Source: Steroidobacteraceae bacterium (lineage in GTDB: Bacteria; Pseudomonadota; Gammaproteobacteria; Steroidobacterales; Steroidobacteraceae). Taken from it: DNA of 64,000 nt. A program made the position numbers and the translations under genes. The stretch lies in assembly GCA_035554635.1 (NCBI GenBank), contig DATMIB010000067.1, forward strand, positions 282-64,281, given 5' to 3'. Shown one piece after another: positions 46,952 through 58,165 of this stretch. Positions within the stretch are counted from its first letter, which is position 1. Each line of letters begins with the position of its first letter. The notes under the pieces were generated by a model that was given only the letters and a program-made list of their open reading frames with translations, made no database searches and had not been told where the DNA came from.

Positions 46952-47236
46952 TCAGACGGCGCCGGCGGGCTTGACGACGCGCACGACCTTCCAGGACTTG
47001 CGGGCCGAAAGGCGGCGGCACTCGACGATGTCGACGACGTCGCCTTCCTTGCACTCCGAGGCCTCGTCGTGGGCGAGGAGCTTGGTCGTGCGACGCACGT
47101 ACTTGCCGTAGCGCTCGTGCTTGACGAGGCGCTCGACCGTCACGGCGACCGTCTTCTGCGCCTTCGCGCTGACGACCGTGCCGGTCAGCGTGCGCTCGGA
47201 CGCCTGCTGCTGGGCCTGCTGCTGCTCGCTCATCAC
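46952..47236 (-). CDS. rpsQ: 30S ribosomal protein S17
   Basis: ..[44 protein letters not shown].. Confidence 0.96.
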   Translation of the reverse strand: MMSEQQQAQQQASERTLTGTVVSAKAQKTVAVTVERLVKHERYGKYVRRTTKLLAHDEASECKEGDVVDIVECRRLSARKSWKVVRVVKPAGAV

Positions 47237-47448
47237 TTGCCACCCTTGTTCGCGACCGCGGCGCGCGCCTGCTCGCCGAGGATCGTCTTCACGCGCGCCA
47301 CGTTGCGGCGCACCTTGCCGAACTGGTCAGGCTTCGCGGCCTGGCCGGACGCCTGCGCCATGCGCAGGTTGAACTGCTCGCGGCGCAGCTTGAGGAGTTC
47401 CTCGCGCAGGTCCGACGGGCTCTTGCTACGGAGATCTTTCGCCTTCAT
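47233..47448 (-). CDS. rpmC: 50S ribosomal protein L29
   Basis: [36 protein letters not shown]..; the ATG at 47448 overlaps the rplP TGA by 1 nt; its stop overlaps the rpsQ start (ATGA). Confidence 0.95.
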   Translation of the reverse strand: MKAKDLRSKSPSDLREELLKLRREQFNLRMAQASGQAAKPDQFGKVRRNVARVKTILGEQARAAVANKGGK

Positions 47449-47861
47449 CAGCGCACCTGTCGCTTGACGAACATCGTCTCGACCGAGAGCTTCGACGCGG
47501 CCAGGCGGAACGCCTCGCGCGCGATGTCCTCGGTCACGCCTTCCATCTCGAAGAGCACCTTGCCGGGCTGCACGCGCGCGACGTAGTACTCGACGTTGCC
47601 CTTGCCCGAGCCCATGCGGACTTCGAGGGGCTTCTTGCTGACCGGCACGTCCGGGAACACCCGGATCCACACCTGGCCGCCGCGCTTGACGTAGCGCGTC
47701 ATCGCGCGACGGGCGGCTTCGATCTCGCGCGCCGTCATGCGGGCGCGGCTGGTCGCCTTCAGTCCGAAGTCGCCGAACGCGACGCTCGAGCCGCGCTGGG
47801 CCAGGCCGCCGTTGCGGCCCTTGAACTGCTTGCGATACTTGGTTCGCTTGGGTTGCATCAT
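47448..47861 (-). CDS. rplP: 50S ribosomal protein L16
   Basis: [24 protein letters not shown].. Confidence 0.97.
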   Translation of the reverse strand: MMQPKRTKYRKQFKGRNGGLAQRGSSVAFGDFGLKATSRARMTAREIEAARRAMTRYVKRGGQVWIRVFPDVPVSKKPLEVRMGSGKGNVEYYVARVQPGKVLFEMEGVTEDIAREAFRLAASKLSVETMFVKRQVR

Positions 47862-47891
47862 GGCTTGGTCACTCCGTCCGGGTCAGCGGCC

Positions 47892-48590
47892 TCAGGCCGT
47901 CTGCTCCGCGGCAGGGGCGGCCTCGGCCTCGGCGCCCTGCTGGGACACCGGCTGGTCGAACACCTCGCCCTTGAAAATCCACACCTTCACGCCGATCACG
48001 CCGTAGGTCGTGCGCGCTTCGGCAGTGCCGTAGTCGATGTCCGCACGGAACGTGTGCAGCGGAATGCGGCCTTCGCGCGTCCACTCGGTGCGCGCGATCT
48101 CCGAACCGTTCAGGCGGCCCGACAGGCGCACCTTCACGCCCAGGGCGCCGCTGCGCATCGTGTTCATCACGGCGCGCTTCATCGCGCGGCGGAACATGAC
48201 GCGGCGCTCGACCTGCTGCGCGATGCCTTCGGCGACGAGCTGCGCGTCGACCTCGGGCTTGCGGATCTCGGCGATGTTGAGGCGGACGTCGTTGACGCCC
48301 ATCTTCATGCGACGCGCGACTTCGCCGCGCAGGCGCTCGATGTCCTCGCCCTTCTTGCCGATCACCACGCCCGGGCGGGCCGTGTGGATCGTGATGTTCG
48401 CCTTGCGGGCGGCACGCTCGATGTGGATGCGGCTGACCGAAGCCTCGGACAGCTTCTTCTTCAGGAACTCGCGCACCTGCCAGTCCTGCAGCAGGAAGCT
48501 GGGGAAGTTGCGCTTGTTCGCATACCACTTCGACGTCCAGTCACGGGTGATGCCGAGACGGATGCCGACCGGATTGACCTTCTGACCCAT
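47892..48590 (-). CDS. rpsC: 30S ribosomal protein S3
   Basis: [24 protein letters not shown]..; ATG at 48590 verified. Confidence 0.97.
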   Translation of the reverse strand: MGQKVNPVGIRLGITRDWTSKWYANKRNFPSFLLQDWQVREFLKKKLSEASVSRIHIERAARKANITIHTARPGVVIGKKGEDIERLRGEVARRMKMGVNDVRLNIAEIRKPEVDAQLVAEGIAQQVERRVMFRRAMKRAVMNTMRSGALGVKVRLSGRLNGSEIARTEWTREGRIPLHTFRADIDYGTAEARTTYGVIGVKVWIFKGEVFDQPVSQQGAEAEAAPAAEQTA

Positions 48591-48603
48591 GAGCCCTGCT
48601 CCC

Positions 48604-48945
48604 TCAGTCCTTGCGGCCGTCGCCGACGAGGATCGTGATGTGGCTGTTGCGCTTGACGATGCGGTTGCCGCGGCCCTTGGCGCGGGCGTGGAACCGCTTG
48701 AAGCGCGGCGCCTCACCGATGTCGATGACGTCGACCTTCAGCGTGTCGATGTCCGCGTTGTGGTTGTTCTCGGCGTTGGCGATGGCCGACTCGAGCACCT
48801 TGCGGACCAGGTCCGCGCCCTTCTTCGGGGTGAAGCGCAGCGTCGAGAGCGCCAGGCCCACGGGCTTGCCGCGGACCATGTCGGCGACGAGGCGGCACTT
48901 CTGCGGCGAGATGCGCGCGTACTTGAGCTTTGCAGCGACTTGCAT
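48604..48945 (-). CDS. rplV: 50S ribosomal protein L22
   Basis: [29 protein letters not shown].. Confidence 0.97.
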   Translation of the reverse strand: MQVAAKLKYARISPQKCRLVADMVRGKPVGLALSTLRFTPKKGADLVRKVLESAIANAENNHNADIDTLKVDVIDIGEAPRFKRFHARAKGRGNRIVKRNSHITILVGDGRKD

Positions 48946-48948
48946 GGC

Positions 48949-49227
48949 TTACTCCGAGGACGCCTTCCGGTCGCCCGAGTGACCGCGGAACGTGCGGGTC
49001 GGGGCGAACTCGCCGAGCTTGTGGCCGACCATGTTCTCCGAGACGAGCACGGGCACGTGCTGCTTGCCGTTGTGCACGGCAATCGTCAGGCCGACCATGT
49101 CGGGCAGGACCATCGAGCGGCGCGACCAGGTCTTGATCGGGCGACGGTCGTTCTTCTCCGCAGCGACCTGCACCTTCTTGGCGAGGTGCGCGTCGATGAA
49201 CGGGCCTTTCTTGACTGAACGGGGCAC
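48949..49227 (-). CDS. rpsS: 30S ribosomal protein S19
   Basis: (V)[34 protein letters not shown]; GTG start at 49227 preceded by SD GAGAGGAG. Confidence 0.95.
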   Translation of the reverse strand: MPRSVKKGPFIDAHLAKKVQVAAEKNDRRPIKTWSRRSMVLPDMVGLTIAVHNGKQHVPVLVSENMVGHKLGEFAPTRTFRGHSGDRKASSE

Positions 49228-49247
49228 TGTGGCAGCTCCTCTCAGGC

Positions 49248-50072
49248 TCAGTTGCGGCGCCGGACGATGAGGCCGGCAGTGCGCTTGTTGGTGCGGGTCT
49301 TCTTGCCCTTGGTCTTCCAGCCCCAAGGCGAAACCGGGTGCGGGTTGCCCTGGCCGGACTTGCCCTCGCCACCGCCGTGCGGGTGGTCGACCGGGTTCAT
49401 GACGACGCCGCGGACCGTCGGACGGATGCCGCGCCAGCGCTTCGCGCCGGCCTTGCCGTAGACGATCAGGTTGTTCTCTTCGTTGCCCACCTCGCCGATC
49501 GTGGCGCGGCAGTCGACGTGCACCTTGCGCATCTCGGTCGAGCGCAGGCGGATCGTCGCGTAGAGGCCTTCGCGCGCGACCAGCTGCACCGAGGCACCGG
49601 CGCTGCGGCCGAGCTGGCCGCCACGGCCCGGCTTCAGCTCGACGTTGTGCACGAGCGAGCCGATCGGGATGTTGCGCAGCGGCAGCGCGTTGCCCGCCTT
49701 GATCGGGGCATCGACGCCCGAGACGATCGCATCGCCGGCCGTGACGCCCTTCGGCGCCAGGATGTAGCGACGCTCGCCGTCGGCGTAGAGCACCAGCGCG
49801 AGGTAGGCGTTGCGGTTCGGGTCGTACTCGAGTCGTTCGACCTTGCCCGGCACGCCGTCCTTGTTGCGGACGAAGTCGACGACGCGATAGCGGTGGCGAT
49901 GGCCGCCGCCCTTGTGGCGCGTCGTCTGGCGGCCCATGTTGTTGCGGGCGCCCGTGCGCTTCTGGCTGGACGTGAGGCCGTGCACCGGCTCGCCCTTGTG
50001 CAGGTGCGAGCGGTCGGCCTTCACGACGAAGCGGCGGCCCGGCGACGTCGGTTTGGTCTTGATGAGAGCCAT
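49248..50072 (-). CDS. rplB: 50S ribosomal protein L2
   Basis: [29 protein letters not shown].. Confidence 0.98.
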   Translation of the reverse strand: MALIKTKPTSPGRRFVVKADRSHLHKGEPVHGLTSSQKRTGARNNMGRQTTRHKGGGHRHRYRVVDFVRNKDGVPGKVERLEYDPNRNAYLALVLYADGERRYILAPKGVTAGDAIVSGVDAPIKAGNALPLRNIPIGSLVHNVELKPGRGGQLGRSAGASVQLVAREGLYATIRLRSTEMRKVHVDCRATIGEVGNEENNLIVYGKAGAKRWRGIRPTVRGVVMNPVDHPHGGGEGKSGQGNPHPVSPWGWKTKGKKTRTNKRTAGLIVRRRN

Positions 50073-50104
50073 TGGTTAGCTTCCGTCTGCTTTGCCGGTG
50101 CCGA

Positions 50105-50407
50105 TTACTTTTCGACGCCGGCGAAATCGATCGTCTGGCCCTGCGCGAGCTTCACGTAGGCCTTCTTCCAGTCGGAGCGCTTGCCGGGACGACCGCCGAA
50201 GCGCTTCGTCTTGCCGCCCACGTTCACGACCTGCACCGCGTCGACCTTGACTTCGAACATCAGTTCGACCGCGGCCTTGATCTCGGGCTTCGACGCGTCG
50301 CGGACGACGCGGAACACGACCTGGTTGCCGGCTTCGGCGACGCGCGCGCTCTTTTCGGAGACGTGCGGCGCGACCAGCACCTGCATCAAACGCTCTTTGC
50401 TGCTCAT
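50105..50407 (-). CDS. rplW: 50S ribosomal protein L23
   Basis: [25 protein letters not shown]..; ATG at 50407 makes an ATGA overlap with the rplD stop. Confidence 0.95.
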   Translation of the reverse strand: MSSKERLMQVLVAPHVSEKSARVAEAGNQVVFRVVRDASKPEIKAAVELMFEVKVDAVQVVNVGGKTKRFGGRPGKRSDWKKAYVKLAQGQTIDFAGVEK

Positions 50408-51015
50408 GCCAGCTTCTCCTCGAGCATGCGGACCGCAGCGACCGTCGCGAGCACGCGCTCGTGGCGGATCAGGCTGACGGGATCGACCGCCGTGACCGGC
50501 AGCACGGTGACGCCGAGCAGGTTGCGCGAGGCAAGCTCGAGCTTCTCGTCGTACGCCTCGACGACGATCAGCACGTCGTTGAGGCCCATCTCCTTGAGGC
50601 GGGTCGCGAGCAGCTTGGTCTTCGGCGCCTCGAGCGTGAACGACTCGACGACGGTGAGGCGGTCGAGACGCACGAGCTCGGACAGCAGCGCGGTGATCGC
50701 GCCGCGGTACATCTTGCGGTTGACCTTCTGCGAGTAGTCGCGCGGACGCGCAGCGAAGGCACGGCCGCCGCCGACCCAGATCGGGCTGCGGATCGAGCCG
50801 GCGCGGGCGCGACCGCCGCCCTTCTGCTTCCACGGCTTGATGCCGCCGCCGCGGACTTCGGCCTTGCTGAGCTGGCGCTTGGTGCCCGCGCGGCCGGCGG
50901 CCATGTAAGCCGTGACGACCTGGTGGACCAGCGCCTCGTTGAATTCGCGGCCGAAAGCCTGCTCTGAGGCTTCGATCGTGCTGCCGCCCTGCTGGAGCTT
51001 CAGTTGGGTTGCCAT
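50404..51015 (-). CDS. rplD: 50S ribosomal protein L4
   Basis: ..[40 protein letters not shown].. Confidence 0.97.
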   Translation of the reverse strand: MATQLKLQQGGSTIEASEQAFGREFNEALVHQVVTAYMAAGRAGTKRQLSKAEVRGGGIKPWKQKGGGRARAGSIRSPIWVGGGRAFAARPRDYSQKVNRKMYRGAITALLSELVRLDRLTVVESFTLEAPKTKLLATRLKEMGLNDVLIVVEAYDEKLELASRNLLGVTVLPVTAVDPVSLIRHERVLATVAAVRMLEEKLA

Positions 51016-51032
51016 GTGACTCTCCGGGGCGG

Positions 51033-51731
51033 TTACTTCTTCGTCTTCGCGGCGGGCTGCTTCGGCGCCAGCGTCTTGCGCTTGGCGAGACGCGCGGCCT
51101 TCAGCGACGGGCGAACGACGACTTCACCGCCCGGGGCGCCCGGAACGGCGCCACGGATCAGGATCAGGTTGCGCGCGGTGTCGACGTCGACGACCAGCAG
51201 CTTCTCGATCGTGCGGCGCACGTCGCCCATGTGACCGGACATGCGCTTGCCCTGGAACACGCGTCCCGGGGTCTGGCGCTGGCCGATCGAGCCCGGGGCG
51301 CGGTGGAACACCGACGCACCGTGCGAGGCCGGGCCGCCCGCGAAGTTGTGGCGCTTCATCGTGCCGGCAAAGCCCTTGCCGACGGTGGTGCCGGTCACGT
51401 CGACCATCTGCCCCTTGGCGAAGATGTCGACCTTGAGCTCGGAGCCCGTGGCGAGCTCGGCGCCTTCGCCGTCGGCGAGGCGGAACTCGACCAACGACTC
51501 GCCCGGCTCGACCTTCGCCTTGGCGTAATGCCCGGCGACGGAGCGCGAGAGGCGGGAAGGCTTCTTGCTGCCATAGGTGACCTGGACGGCGCGATAGCCG
51601 TCACCCTCGACACCCTTGACCTGGGTGACGCGGTTGGGCAGAGCCTCGATCACCGTCACCGGGATCGACTCGCCCGCGTCCGTGAAGACGCGCGTCATGC
51701 CGGCCTTGCGGCCAATCAGACCGATCGTCAT
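51033..51731 (-). CDS. rplC: 50S ribosomal protein L3 (with a short basic C-terminal extension)
   Basis: [29 protein letters not shown]..; ATG at 51731 with SD GAGGA. C-terminus is ..[22 protein letters not shown]. Confidence 0.96.
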   Translation of the reverse strand: MTIGLIGRKAGMTRVFTDAGESIPVTVIEALPNRVTQVKGVEGDGYRAVQVTYGSKKPSRLSRSVAGHYAKAKVEPGESLVEFRLADGEGAELATGSELKVDIFAKGQMVDVTGTTVGKGFAGTMKRHNFAGGPASHGASVFHRAPGSIGQRQTPGRVFQGKRMSGHMGDVRRTIEKLLVVDVDTARNLILIRGAVPGAPGGEVVVRPSLKAARLAKRKTLAPKQPAAKTKK

Positions 51732-51925
51732 CGTTGTGTCCTCGTACACCGCCCGTGCTGCGATTGGCCCGGGCTGCAAACCGAACGAATTCGTCCCTGC
51801 AGCCGCAAAAAACCGGCGCAGGGCTCGTCAAGAACTGTTGCTGAGAGGAGCGACCTGCCAGGAGGCGGTCGCGCCGCTCGAGCGGTACCGGCAATACCGG
51901 CCAGGCCTCGGCGAGAGAGCCCGCG

Positions 51926-51953
51926 ATTATAGCGAGCCGAAAAAGGAATGCAA
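51926..51953 (-). promoter_or_regulatory. near-consensus sigma70-type promoter inside the rpsJ-rplC spacer, reading toward rplC
   Basis: Minus strand reads TTGCAT-N16-TATAAT (atgcaa at 51948-51953, attata at 51926-51931). A structured leader of roughly 190 nt follows before the rplC ATG. Confidence 0.55.
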
Positions 51954-51960
51954 CAAGAAA

Positions 51961-52064
51961 GTGGCTAGAGTTTAGAGTTCAGAGTCTAGTCGGAGCGCTG
52001 CGCGGCGGCCGCCGAGGGGCGGCCTCCGAATCCGACTAGACTCTAACCACTAGACTCTAGCCAC
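51961..52064. repeat. heptad-palindrome element copy C (rpsJ/rplC spacer)
   Basis: Left arm GTGGCTA GAGTTTA GAGTTCA GAGTCTA GTCGGA. GC-rich centre gcgctgcgcggcggccgccgaggggcggcctccgaa. Right arm TCCGAC TAGACTC TAACCAC TAGACTC TAGCCAC. The arms are largely reverse-complementary. Confidence 0.85.
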
Positions 52065-52073
52065 TTCCTATGG

Positions 52074-52385
52074 TCAGTTCAGCTTGATCTGGACGTCCAC
52101 GCCGGCCGGCAGTTCGAGCTTCATCAGCGCGTCCACCGTCTTGTCGGTCGGGTTCAGGATGTCCATCAGGCGCTTGTGCGTGCGCATCTCGTACTGGTCG
52201 CGCGCGTCCTTGTCGGCGTGCGGCGAGATCAGCACCGTGAAGCGCTCCATCTTGACCGGCAGCGGCACCGGGCCGCGCACCGTGGCGCCCGTGCGCTTGG
52301 CCGTCTCGACGATCTCGCGGGCCGAGTTGTCGATGAGCCGGTGGTCGAACGCCTTGAGGCGGATGCGGATGTTCTGGCGAGCCAT
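52074..52385 (-). CDS. rpsJ: 30S ribosomal protein S10
   Basis: [34 protein letters not shown].. Confidence 0.98.
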   Translation of the reverse strand: MARQNIRIRLKAFDHRLIDNSAREIVETAKRTGATVRGPVPLPVKMERFTVLISPHADKDARDQYEMRTHKRLMDILNPTDKTVDALMKLELPAGVDVQIKLN

Positions 52386-52397
52386 TGTTGAATCCTA

Positions 52398-52486
52398 GCG
52401 GTTAGTGGTCAGTGGCCGGTGGTCAGTGGGAGAGGAGCGCGCGGTGCGCGCTCACTAACCACTGACCACTAACCACTAACCACTTG
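52398..52486. repeat. heptad-palindrome element copy B (tuf/rpsJ spacer)
   Basis: GCGGTTA GTGGTCA GTGGCCG GTGGTCA GTGGGAG; central perfect hairpin gagcgcgc-ggt-gcgcgctc; then ACTAACC ACTGACC ACTAACC ACTAACC ACTTG. GGTCAGTGG/CCACTGACC pair perfectly and the outer heptads pair with a few mismatches. Confidence 0.88.
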
Positions 52487-52495
52487 ATTGATTGC

Positions 52496-53686
<1,191 letters not shown>

Positions 53687-53707
53687 GACCCAATACCTCT
53701 AGAACAA

Positions 53708-53804
53708 GTGACTAGTGACCAGTGGTTAGTGGTTAGCGCACAGCGGCAGCGAGAACCCCGGCGTCCGGTTCTTCACTAGCCACTGACCACTAGCCACTAA
53801 CCAC
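53708..53804. repeat. heptad-palindrome element copy A (tRNA-Thr/tuf spacer)
   Basis: GTGACTA GTGACCA GTGGTTA GTGGTTA; GC-rich centre containing gagaacc..ggttct; then CACTAGC CACTGAC CACTAGC CACTAAC CAC. Confidence 0.88.
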
Positions 53805-53814
53805 TTCCTCGAAC

Positions 53815-53890
53815 TGGAGCCCACGAGCGGGATCGAACCGCTGACCTCGTCCTTACCAAGGACGTGCTCTACCGACTGAGCTACGTGGGC
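53815..53890 (-). tRNA. thrT: tRNA-Thr (anticodon GGT)
   Basis: Reverse complement GCCCACGTAGCTCAGTCGGTAGAGCACGTCCTTGGTAAGGACGAGGTCAGCGGTTCGATCCCGCTCGTGGGCTCCA. Cloverleaf folds by hand; anticodon loop TTGGTAA; encoded CCA. Confidence 0.97.
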
Positions 53891-53934
53891 CGCCTCTCAA
53901 AAAACCTTTTCGTCCCCGGCGGGCTTCCTGCGGT

Positions 53935-54008
<74 letters not shown>

Positions 54009-54082
54009 AGCGCCGCCGGTCCGGTGCCCCGCGTCGGCCTTTCCTCGCGAGACCCACGCCTCTCCGCTAGTCTCTGTGGTTC

Positions 54083-54168
<86 letters not shown>

Positions 54169-54184
54169 CTACAGAGAGCCGCGT

Positions 54185-54213
54185 ATTCTCGGGGGCCGGA
54201 CGGGCCGTGTCAA
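54185..54213 (-). promoter_or_regulatory. promoter of the tRNA-Tyr/Gly/Thr-tuf operon
   Basis: Minus strand reads TTGACA-N17-GAGAAT followed by a GC-rich discriminator (acgcggc), about 17 nt before the tRNA-Tyr 5' end. This is typical stable-RNA promoter architecture. Confidence 0.6.
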
Positions 54214-54256
54214 TCCGATCCGGTCCACCGCCCCGTCTTAGCCTGGAGAAATCGTC

Positions 54257-55261
54257 TTGCAAACCCGTCCGCTCGGCCGCCAGGGCCTCGAAGTGTCCGC
54301 CTTGGGTCTCGGCTGCATGGGCATGTCCTCCTTCTACCGGACCGGTGCCGACCGGGCCGAATGCGAGGCCACGCTGATCGAGGCACTCGACTCCGGGGTC
54401 ACCCTGTTCGACACCGCCGAGGTCTACGGGCCGTACACGAACGAGCAACTGGTCGGTGGCGTCCTGACCGGAGCGCGCCGCGACCGGGCCATCCTCGCGA
54501 CCAAGTTCGGCTTCGACTGCGCGAACCCGACCCAGCCGTGGGGGCTCAACAGCCGGCCCGCGCACGTCCGCCAGGTCGTGGACGAATCCCTCGGACGGCT
54601 CGGCACCGACCGGATCGACCTGCTCTACCAGCACCGCGTCGACCCCGCGGTGCCGATCGAGGAGGTCGTCGGCGTCATGGCAGACCTCGTGCGCGCCGGC
54701 AAGGTGCGCTACCTGGGCCTGTCCGAGGCGAGTCCCGACACGTTGCGGCGTGCGCACGCCGTGCACCCGATCAGCGCCTTGCAGTCCGAGTACTCGCTCT
54801 GGGAACGCGGCGTCGAGCAGGCGGTGCTGCCCACCTGTCGCGAGCTCGGCATCGGCTTCGTGGCCTATTCGCCGCTCGGCCGCGGCTTCCTGGCGGGCCA
54901 GCGCGCGCAGGCCGGCGATTTCCCCGAAGGTGACGCGCGCCGCAGCCATCCGCGTTTCGAGGCGGCCAACTACGAGGCCAACCTGCGACTGCTCGCGAAG
55001 CTCGAGGAGGTCGCCGCGCGCAACCGTGCAACCCCCGGCCAGGTCGCACTGGCCTGGCTGCTCGCGCAAGGCCCGGACGTGGTGCCGATCTTCGGCACGA
55101 CCCGCCGCGCCCGTCTGCGCGAGAACCTCGCGGCGACGTCCGTGCGGCTGGCGTCCTGCGACCAGTTCCTGCTCGAGCAGGTGTTCGCACCGGGCGCGAC
55201 GGCCGGCGAACGTTACCCGGCCGCCTCGCTCGCCTTCCTCGACCGCGGCCAGCGCCACTGA
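54257..55261 (+). CDS. aldo/keto reductase
   Basis: (TTG start) [50 protein letters not shown]..; SD GGAG 8 nt upstream. Confidence 0.9.
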   Translation: MQTRPLGRQGLEVSALGLGCMGMSSFYRTGADRAECEATLIEALDSGVTLFDTAEVYGPYTNEQLVGGVLTGARRDRAILATKFGFDCANPTQPWGLNSRPAHVRQVVDESLGRLGTDRIDLLYQHRVDPAVPIEEVVGVMADLVRAGKVRYLGLSEASPDTLRRAHAVHPISALQSEYSLWERGVEQAVLPTCRELGIGFVAYSPLGRGFLAGQRAQAGDFPEGDARRSHPRFEAANYEANLRLLAKLEEVAARNRATPGQVALAWLLAQGPDVVPIFGTTRRARLRENLAATSVRLASCDQFLLEQVFAPGATAGERYPAASLAFLDRGQRH

Positions 55262-55292
55262 CCACCCACCCGCGACCACGACGTCAACACCG

Positions 55293-56315
55293 ATGCCCCA
55301 CGATCTGCTGCTGTTTCCGTTCGCCGAGTACTGGTGGTTCTACGGCGCCTTCATGCTGTTCGTGCTCGGCGTGCTCGCGCTCGACCTCGGCGTGTTCCAC
55401 CGCGAGGCCCACGAGGTCTCGGCGCGCGAGGCGGCGGCCTGGAGCGTGGTCTGGGTCGCACTCGCACTTGCATTCAATTACCTGTTTTATCGGTACATGC
55501 TCGGGCACTTCCCGGAGCAGCCGGCGCTCGCCGGCCTGGACCACGTAGCGCTCGCACGCGATTCAGCGCTCGAGTTCCTGGCCGGTTACGTCGTCGAGAA
55601 AGCGCTCGCGGTCGACAACATCTTCATCTTCGTCGCCGTGTTCAGCTACTTCGCGGTACCGCTGCGCTACCAGCATCGCGTGCTGTTCTACGGCATCCTC
55701 GGCGCGCTGGTGTTCCGCGCGCTGTTCATCTCGCTCGGTTCGGTGCTGATGCAGTACAAGTGGATCGTGATGGTCTTCGGCGCGTTCCTGATCTTCACCG
55801 GCATCAAGATCCTGTTCCTGCCGGAAAAGCCGGTCGAGCCGGGAAAGAACCCGATCATCCGCCTCGTGAAGCGCTTCGTGCCGATCTGGCCGCAGCTCGA
55901 GGGCGACCGCTTCTGGATCCGCCACGAAGGCATCCTCTACGCGACGCCGCTGCTGGTGGCGCTCGTGTTCATCGAGTTCTCCGACATCATCTTCGCGATC
56001 GACTCGGTGCCGGCGATCTTCGCGCTCACCAACGAGCCGCTGATCGTCTTCACCTCGAACATCTTTGCGATCCTCGGCCTGCGCGCGATGTACTTCCTGC
56101 TCGCGAGCGCGGTGCAGTACTTCCAGTACCTCAAGTACGCGCTCGGCGTGATCCTGGTGTTCGTGGGCCTCAAGATGGTGTGGCTCAACGAGGCGTTCGG
56201 CGGCAAGTTCCCGATCTCGTGGTCGCTCGGCATCATCGGCGCACTGCTCGCCGTCTCGATGCTGGTCAGCGTCGCGGCCCGCCGCGACGGCCGCGCGGAA
56301 CTGCCGCCGCCCTGA
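55293..56315 (+). CDS. TerC-family integral membrane protein
   Basis: ..LEFLAGYVVEKALAVDNIFIF..VFIEFSDIIFAIDSVPAIFALT..IFAILGLRAMYF are the two TerC signature repeats. ATG at 55293. The track ORF from 54750 is an out-of-frame upstream extension. Confidence 0.9.
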   Translation: MPHDLLLFPFAEYWWFYGAFMLFVLGVLALDLGVFHREAHEVSAREAAAWSVVWVALALAFNYLFYRYMLGHFPEQPALAGLDHVALARDSALEFLAGYVVEKALAVDNIFIFVAVFSYFAVPLRYQHRVLFYGILGALVFRALFISLGSVLMQYKWIVMVFGAFLIFTGIKILFLPEKPVEPGKNPIIRLVKRFVPIWPQLEGDRFWIRHEGILYATPLLVALVFIEFSDIIFAIDSVPAIFALTNEPLIVFTSNIFAILGLRAMYFLLASAVQYFQYLKYALGVILVFVGLKMVWLNEAFGGKFPISWSLGIIGALLAVSMLVSVAARRDGRAELPPP

Positions 56316-56367
56316 GTCGCGAGATGGCTGCCGCTGCCGCGTCCGTGGCGACGCGGAGCGGGACGCG

Positions 56368-57255
56368 TCAGGTCGCTGCCGCCGTGGCCATGGGTGCCGG
56401 CGCCAGGTCGACGATCTCGACGTCGGCGGGCGCAAGCGGCCGCCCGAGAAACACCGCGCCGACGCGGGCGAAGCGTTCCGCCCCGTCGGTGGCGAGCAGG
56501 GTCAGGCGACCGTGACCCGGGCCGGGCGCCCGGCACAGGCCGCGCGACGCGAGCACTTCGGCGAGCGAACTTGCGGTGGTCGCGGCCGAATCGACGATGG
56601 CGATGCCCGGCCCCAGCACGCGCGCGAGTGTCGACGCGAACACCGGGAAATGGGTGCAGCCGAGCAGCAGCGTGTCGGGGTGCGTCGCTTCCGCGCCCGC
56701 GACGAACAGGTCGTCGAGGTAACGGTGCATGACGCCCTCGACGACGGGGCCGTCCGTCCAGCCTTCCTCGGCCAGGGCGACGAACAGCGGACAGGCCTGT
56801 GCGCTGACGACGGCGTGCGGGAGGCGTCGTACGATCGCCGCCTGGTAGGCACCGCCGCGCACGGTGCTCTCGGTCGCGAGCACGGCAATGCGTTCGTTGC
56901 GCGTGGCGCGACAGGCCGCGGCCGCGCCGGGTTCGAGTACGCCGAGCACGGGCACGGGCGCGAACTCGGCCGTGAGCACGTCGAGCGCTGCGGCTGAGGC
57001 CGTGTTGCACGCGACCACCAGGCACTTGACGCCGCGCTCGTGCAGCCGGCGCGCCGCCTGCAGCGAGTACTGGCGGATCGAACCGGGGCTCTTGGTGCCG
57101 TAGGGCAGCCGGGCCGTGTCGCCCAGGTAAACGAAATCCTCGTGCGGCAGTCGCTCGAGCAGCGCCCTGAGGACCGTGAGCCCGCCGACGCCGGAATCGA
57201 ACACGCCGATCGGGGCGTCGGCGCGCGGCAAATACGTCGCTGCTGGTGTCTGCAT
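56368..57255 (-). CDS. murI: glutamate racemase
   Basis: IGVFDSGVGGLTVL..YLGDTARLPYG..VVACNTAS..LGCTHFP (both catalytic Cys contexts). ATG at 57255 verified. Confidence 0.93.
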   Translation of the reverse strand: MQTPAATYLPRADAPIGVFDSGVGGLTVLRALLERLPHEDFVYLGDTARLPYGTKSPGSIRQYSLQAARRLHERGVKCLVVACNTASAAALDVLTAEFAPVPVLGVLEPGAAAACRATRNERIAVLATESTVRGGAYQAAIVRRLPHAVVSAQACPLFVALAEEGWTDGPVVEGVMHRYLDDLFVAGAEATHPDTLLLGCTHFPVFASTLARVLGPGIAIVDSAATTASSLAEVLASRGLCRAPGPGHGRLTLLATDGAERFARVGAVFLGRPLAPADVEIVDLAPAPMATAAAT

Positions 57256-57401
57256 GTAAGGTTTCCCGACGGGCGCGCAGCATACCGCACGCATCGCGCG
57301 ACATAACGCGTGCCGGCGTGTTTGCAGGCCCTTCACTCCCGCAACGCGAGGTGCATAATGGCGCGGAACAGCCACCCACCTCAGAACGAGAAGAGCTGCA
57401 C

Positions 57402-57674
57402 GTGGAGAGAAGACTCACGACGCGTCACCGGGCCCGCACCAGCGTCTACGTGCTGCTGCCGGGCCGGCGCCATCGTCTCTGCCGCGCCCGCAACCTGAGC
57501 GCCACGGGCGTCTTCGTCGAGACCGGCGACATGGGCCTGCGCAAGGGACAGACGGTCGAACTCGCCTTCGCCATCAGCCTCGGCACCGTGACCAAGCTGC
57601 ATCGACGCACGGCCATCGTCGCGCACGTCTCGCGCGGCGGCACCGGGCTGATGATGCAGAACCACGCCAGCTGA
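57402..57674 (+). CDS. small PilZ-domain protein (about 90 aa)
   Basis: VERRLTTRHRARTSVYVLL..CRARNLSATGVFVET carries an RxxxR-like motif plus N-x-S-x-x-G, the c-di-GMP-binding signature of PilZ. The start (GTG 57402) is uncertain. Confidence 0.6.
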   Translation: MERRLTTRHRARTSVYVLLPGRRHRLCRARNLSATGVFVETGDMGLRKGQTVELAFAISLGTVTKLHRRTAIVAHVSRGGTGLMMQNHAS

Positions 57675-57675
57675 C

Positions 57676-57698
57676 CGCCCGCGTCCGCGACGCGGGCG
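57676..57698 (+). terminator. perfect 10-bp GC hairpin just after the PilZ gene (no T tract)
   Basis: cgcccgcgtc-cgc-gacgcgggcg starts 2 nt after the stop codon. Confidence 0.4.
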
Positions 57699-57805
57699 AC
57701 TCGCGGATCCCGCAGCCGTCCTAGGCAGTTCTGCGGATTCGGGGCACCTGCGCCGGGCCTAATGTCCGCTCAGGAGACGCGCTGCACGACCAGGCGACCC
57801 GCCTC

Positions 57806-58165
57806 GTGCCGTGCGGCGCGGATGCGCCGATGGCACCGCGGACGCCAGACAGCACAGTCGCCGACGCGATCGATCGCGTCCTGCAGGCCGAGCAAGCGAC
57901 GGCCGAGGCGATCCACGCAGCCGAAGAATCCGCCGCCGCCACGATCGCCGCCGCGCGCGAAACGCGCCGCACCCTGCTCGAGACCGCCCGCCGGCGCAGC
58001 GTGCGCATGCACGAACGCGCGCAGGCGCTGCTTGCACGTCGCCTGAGCGAACTCGACGGCGCCGCCGCTACGGCGCAGGTCCGCGACCGCGGCGAGCTCG
58101 CCGCAAGCGTGACGACCGCGATCGACCGCATCGCCGCGCAACTCACGACGGAAGAGCCGGCATGA
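57806..58165 (+). CDS. coiled-coil protein, probable V/A-type ATPase peripheral-stalk subunit (G/H-like)
   Basis: Ala/Glu/Arg-rich helical sequence ADAIDRVLQAEQATAEAIHAAEESAAATIAAARETRRTLLETARRR... First gene of the operon; its stop overlaps the next ATG (ATGA). Start is GTG 57806 or ATG 57830. The assignment rests on composition and position only. Confidence 0.5.
   Translation: MPCGADAPMAPRTPDSTVADAIDRVLQAEQATAEAIHAAEESAAATIAAARETRRTLLETARRRSVRMHERAQALLARRLSELDGAAATAQVRDRGELAASVTTAIDRIAAQLTTEEPA

Noticed and set aside
55262-55292. Looked for a yybP-ykoY (Mn) riboswitch ahead of the TerC-family gene
   Set aside because: Only 31 nt separate it from the aldo/keto reductase stop, which leaves no room for a riboswitch aptamer.
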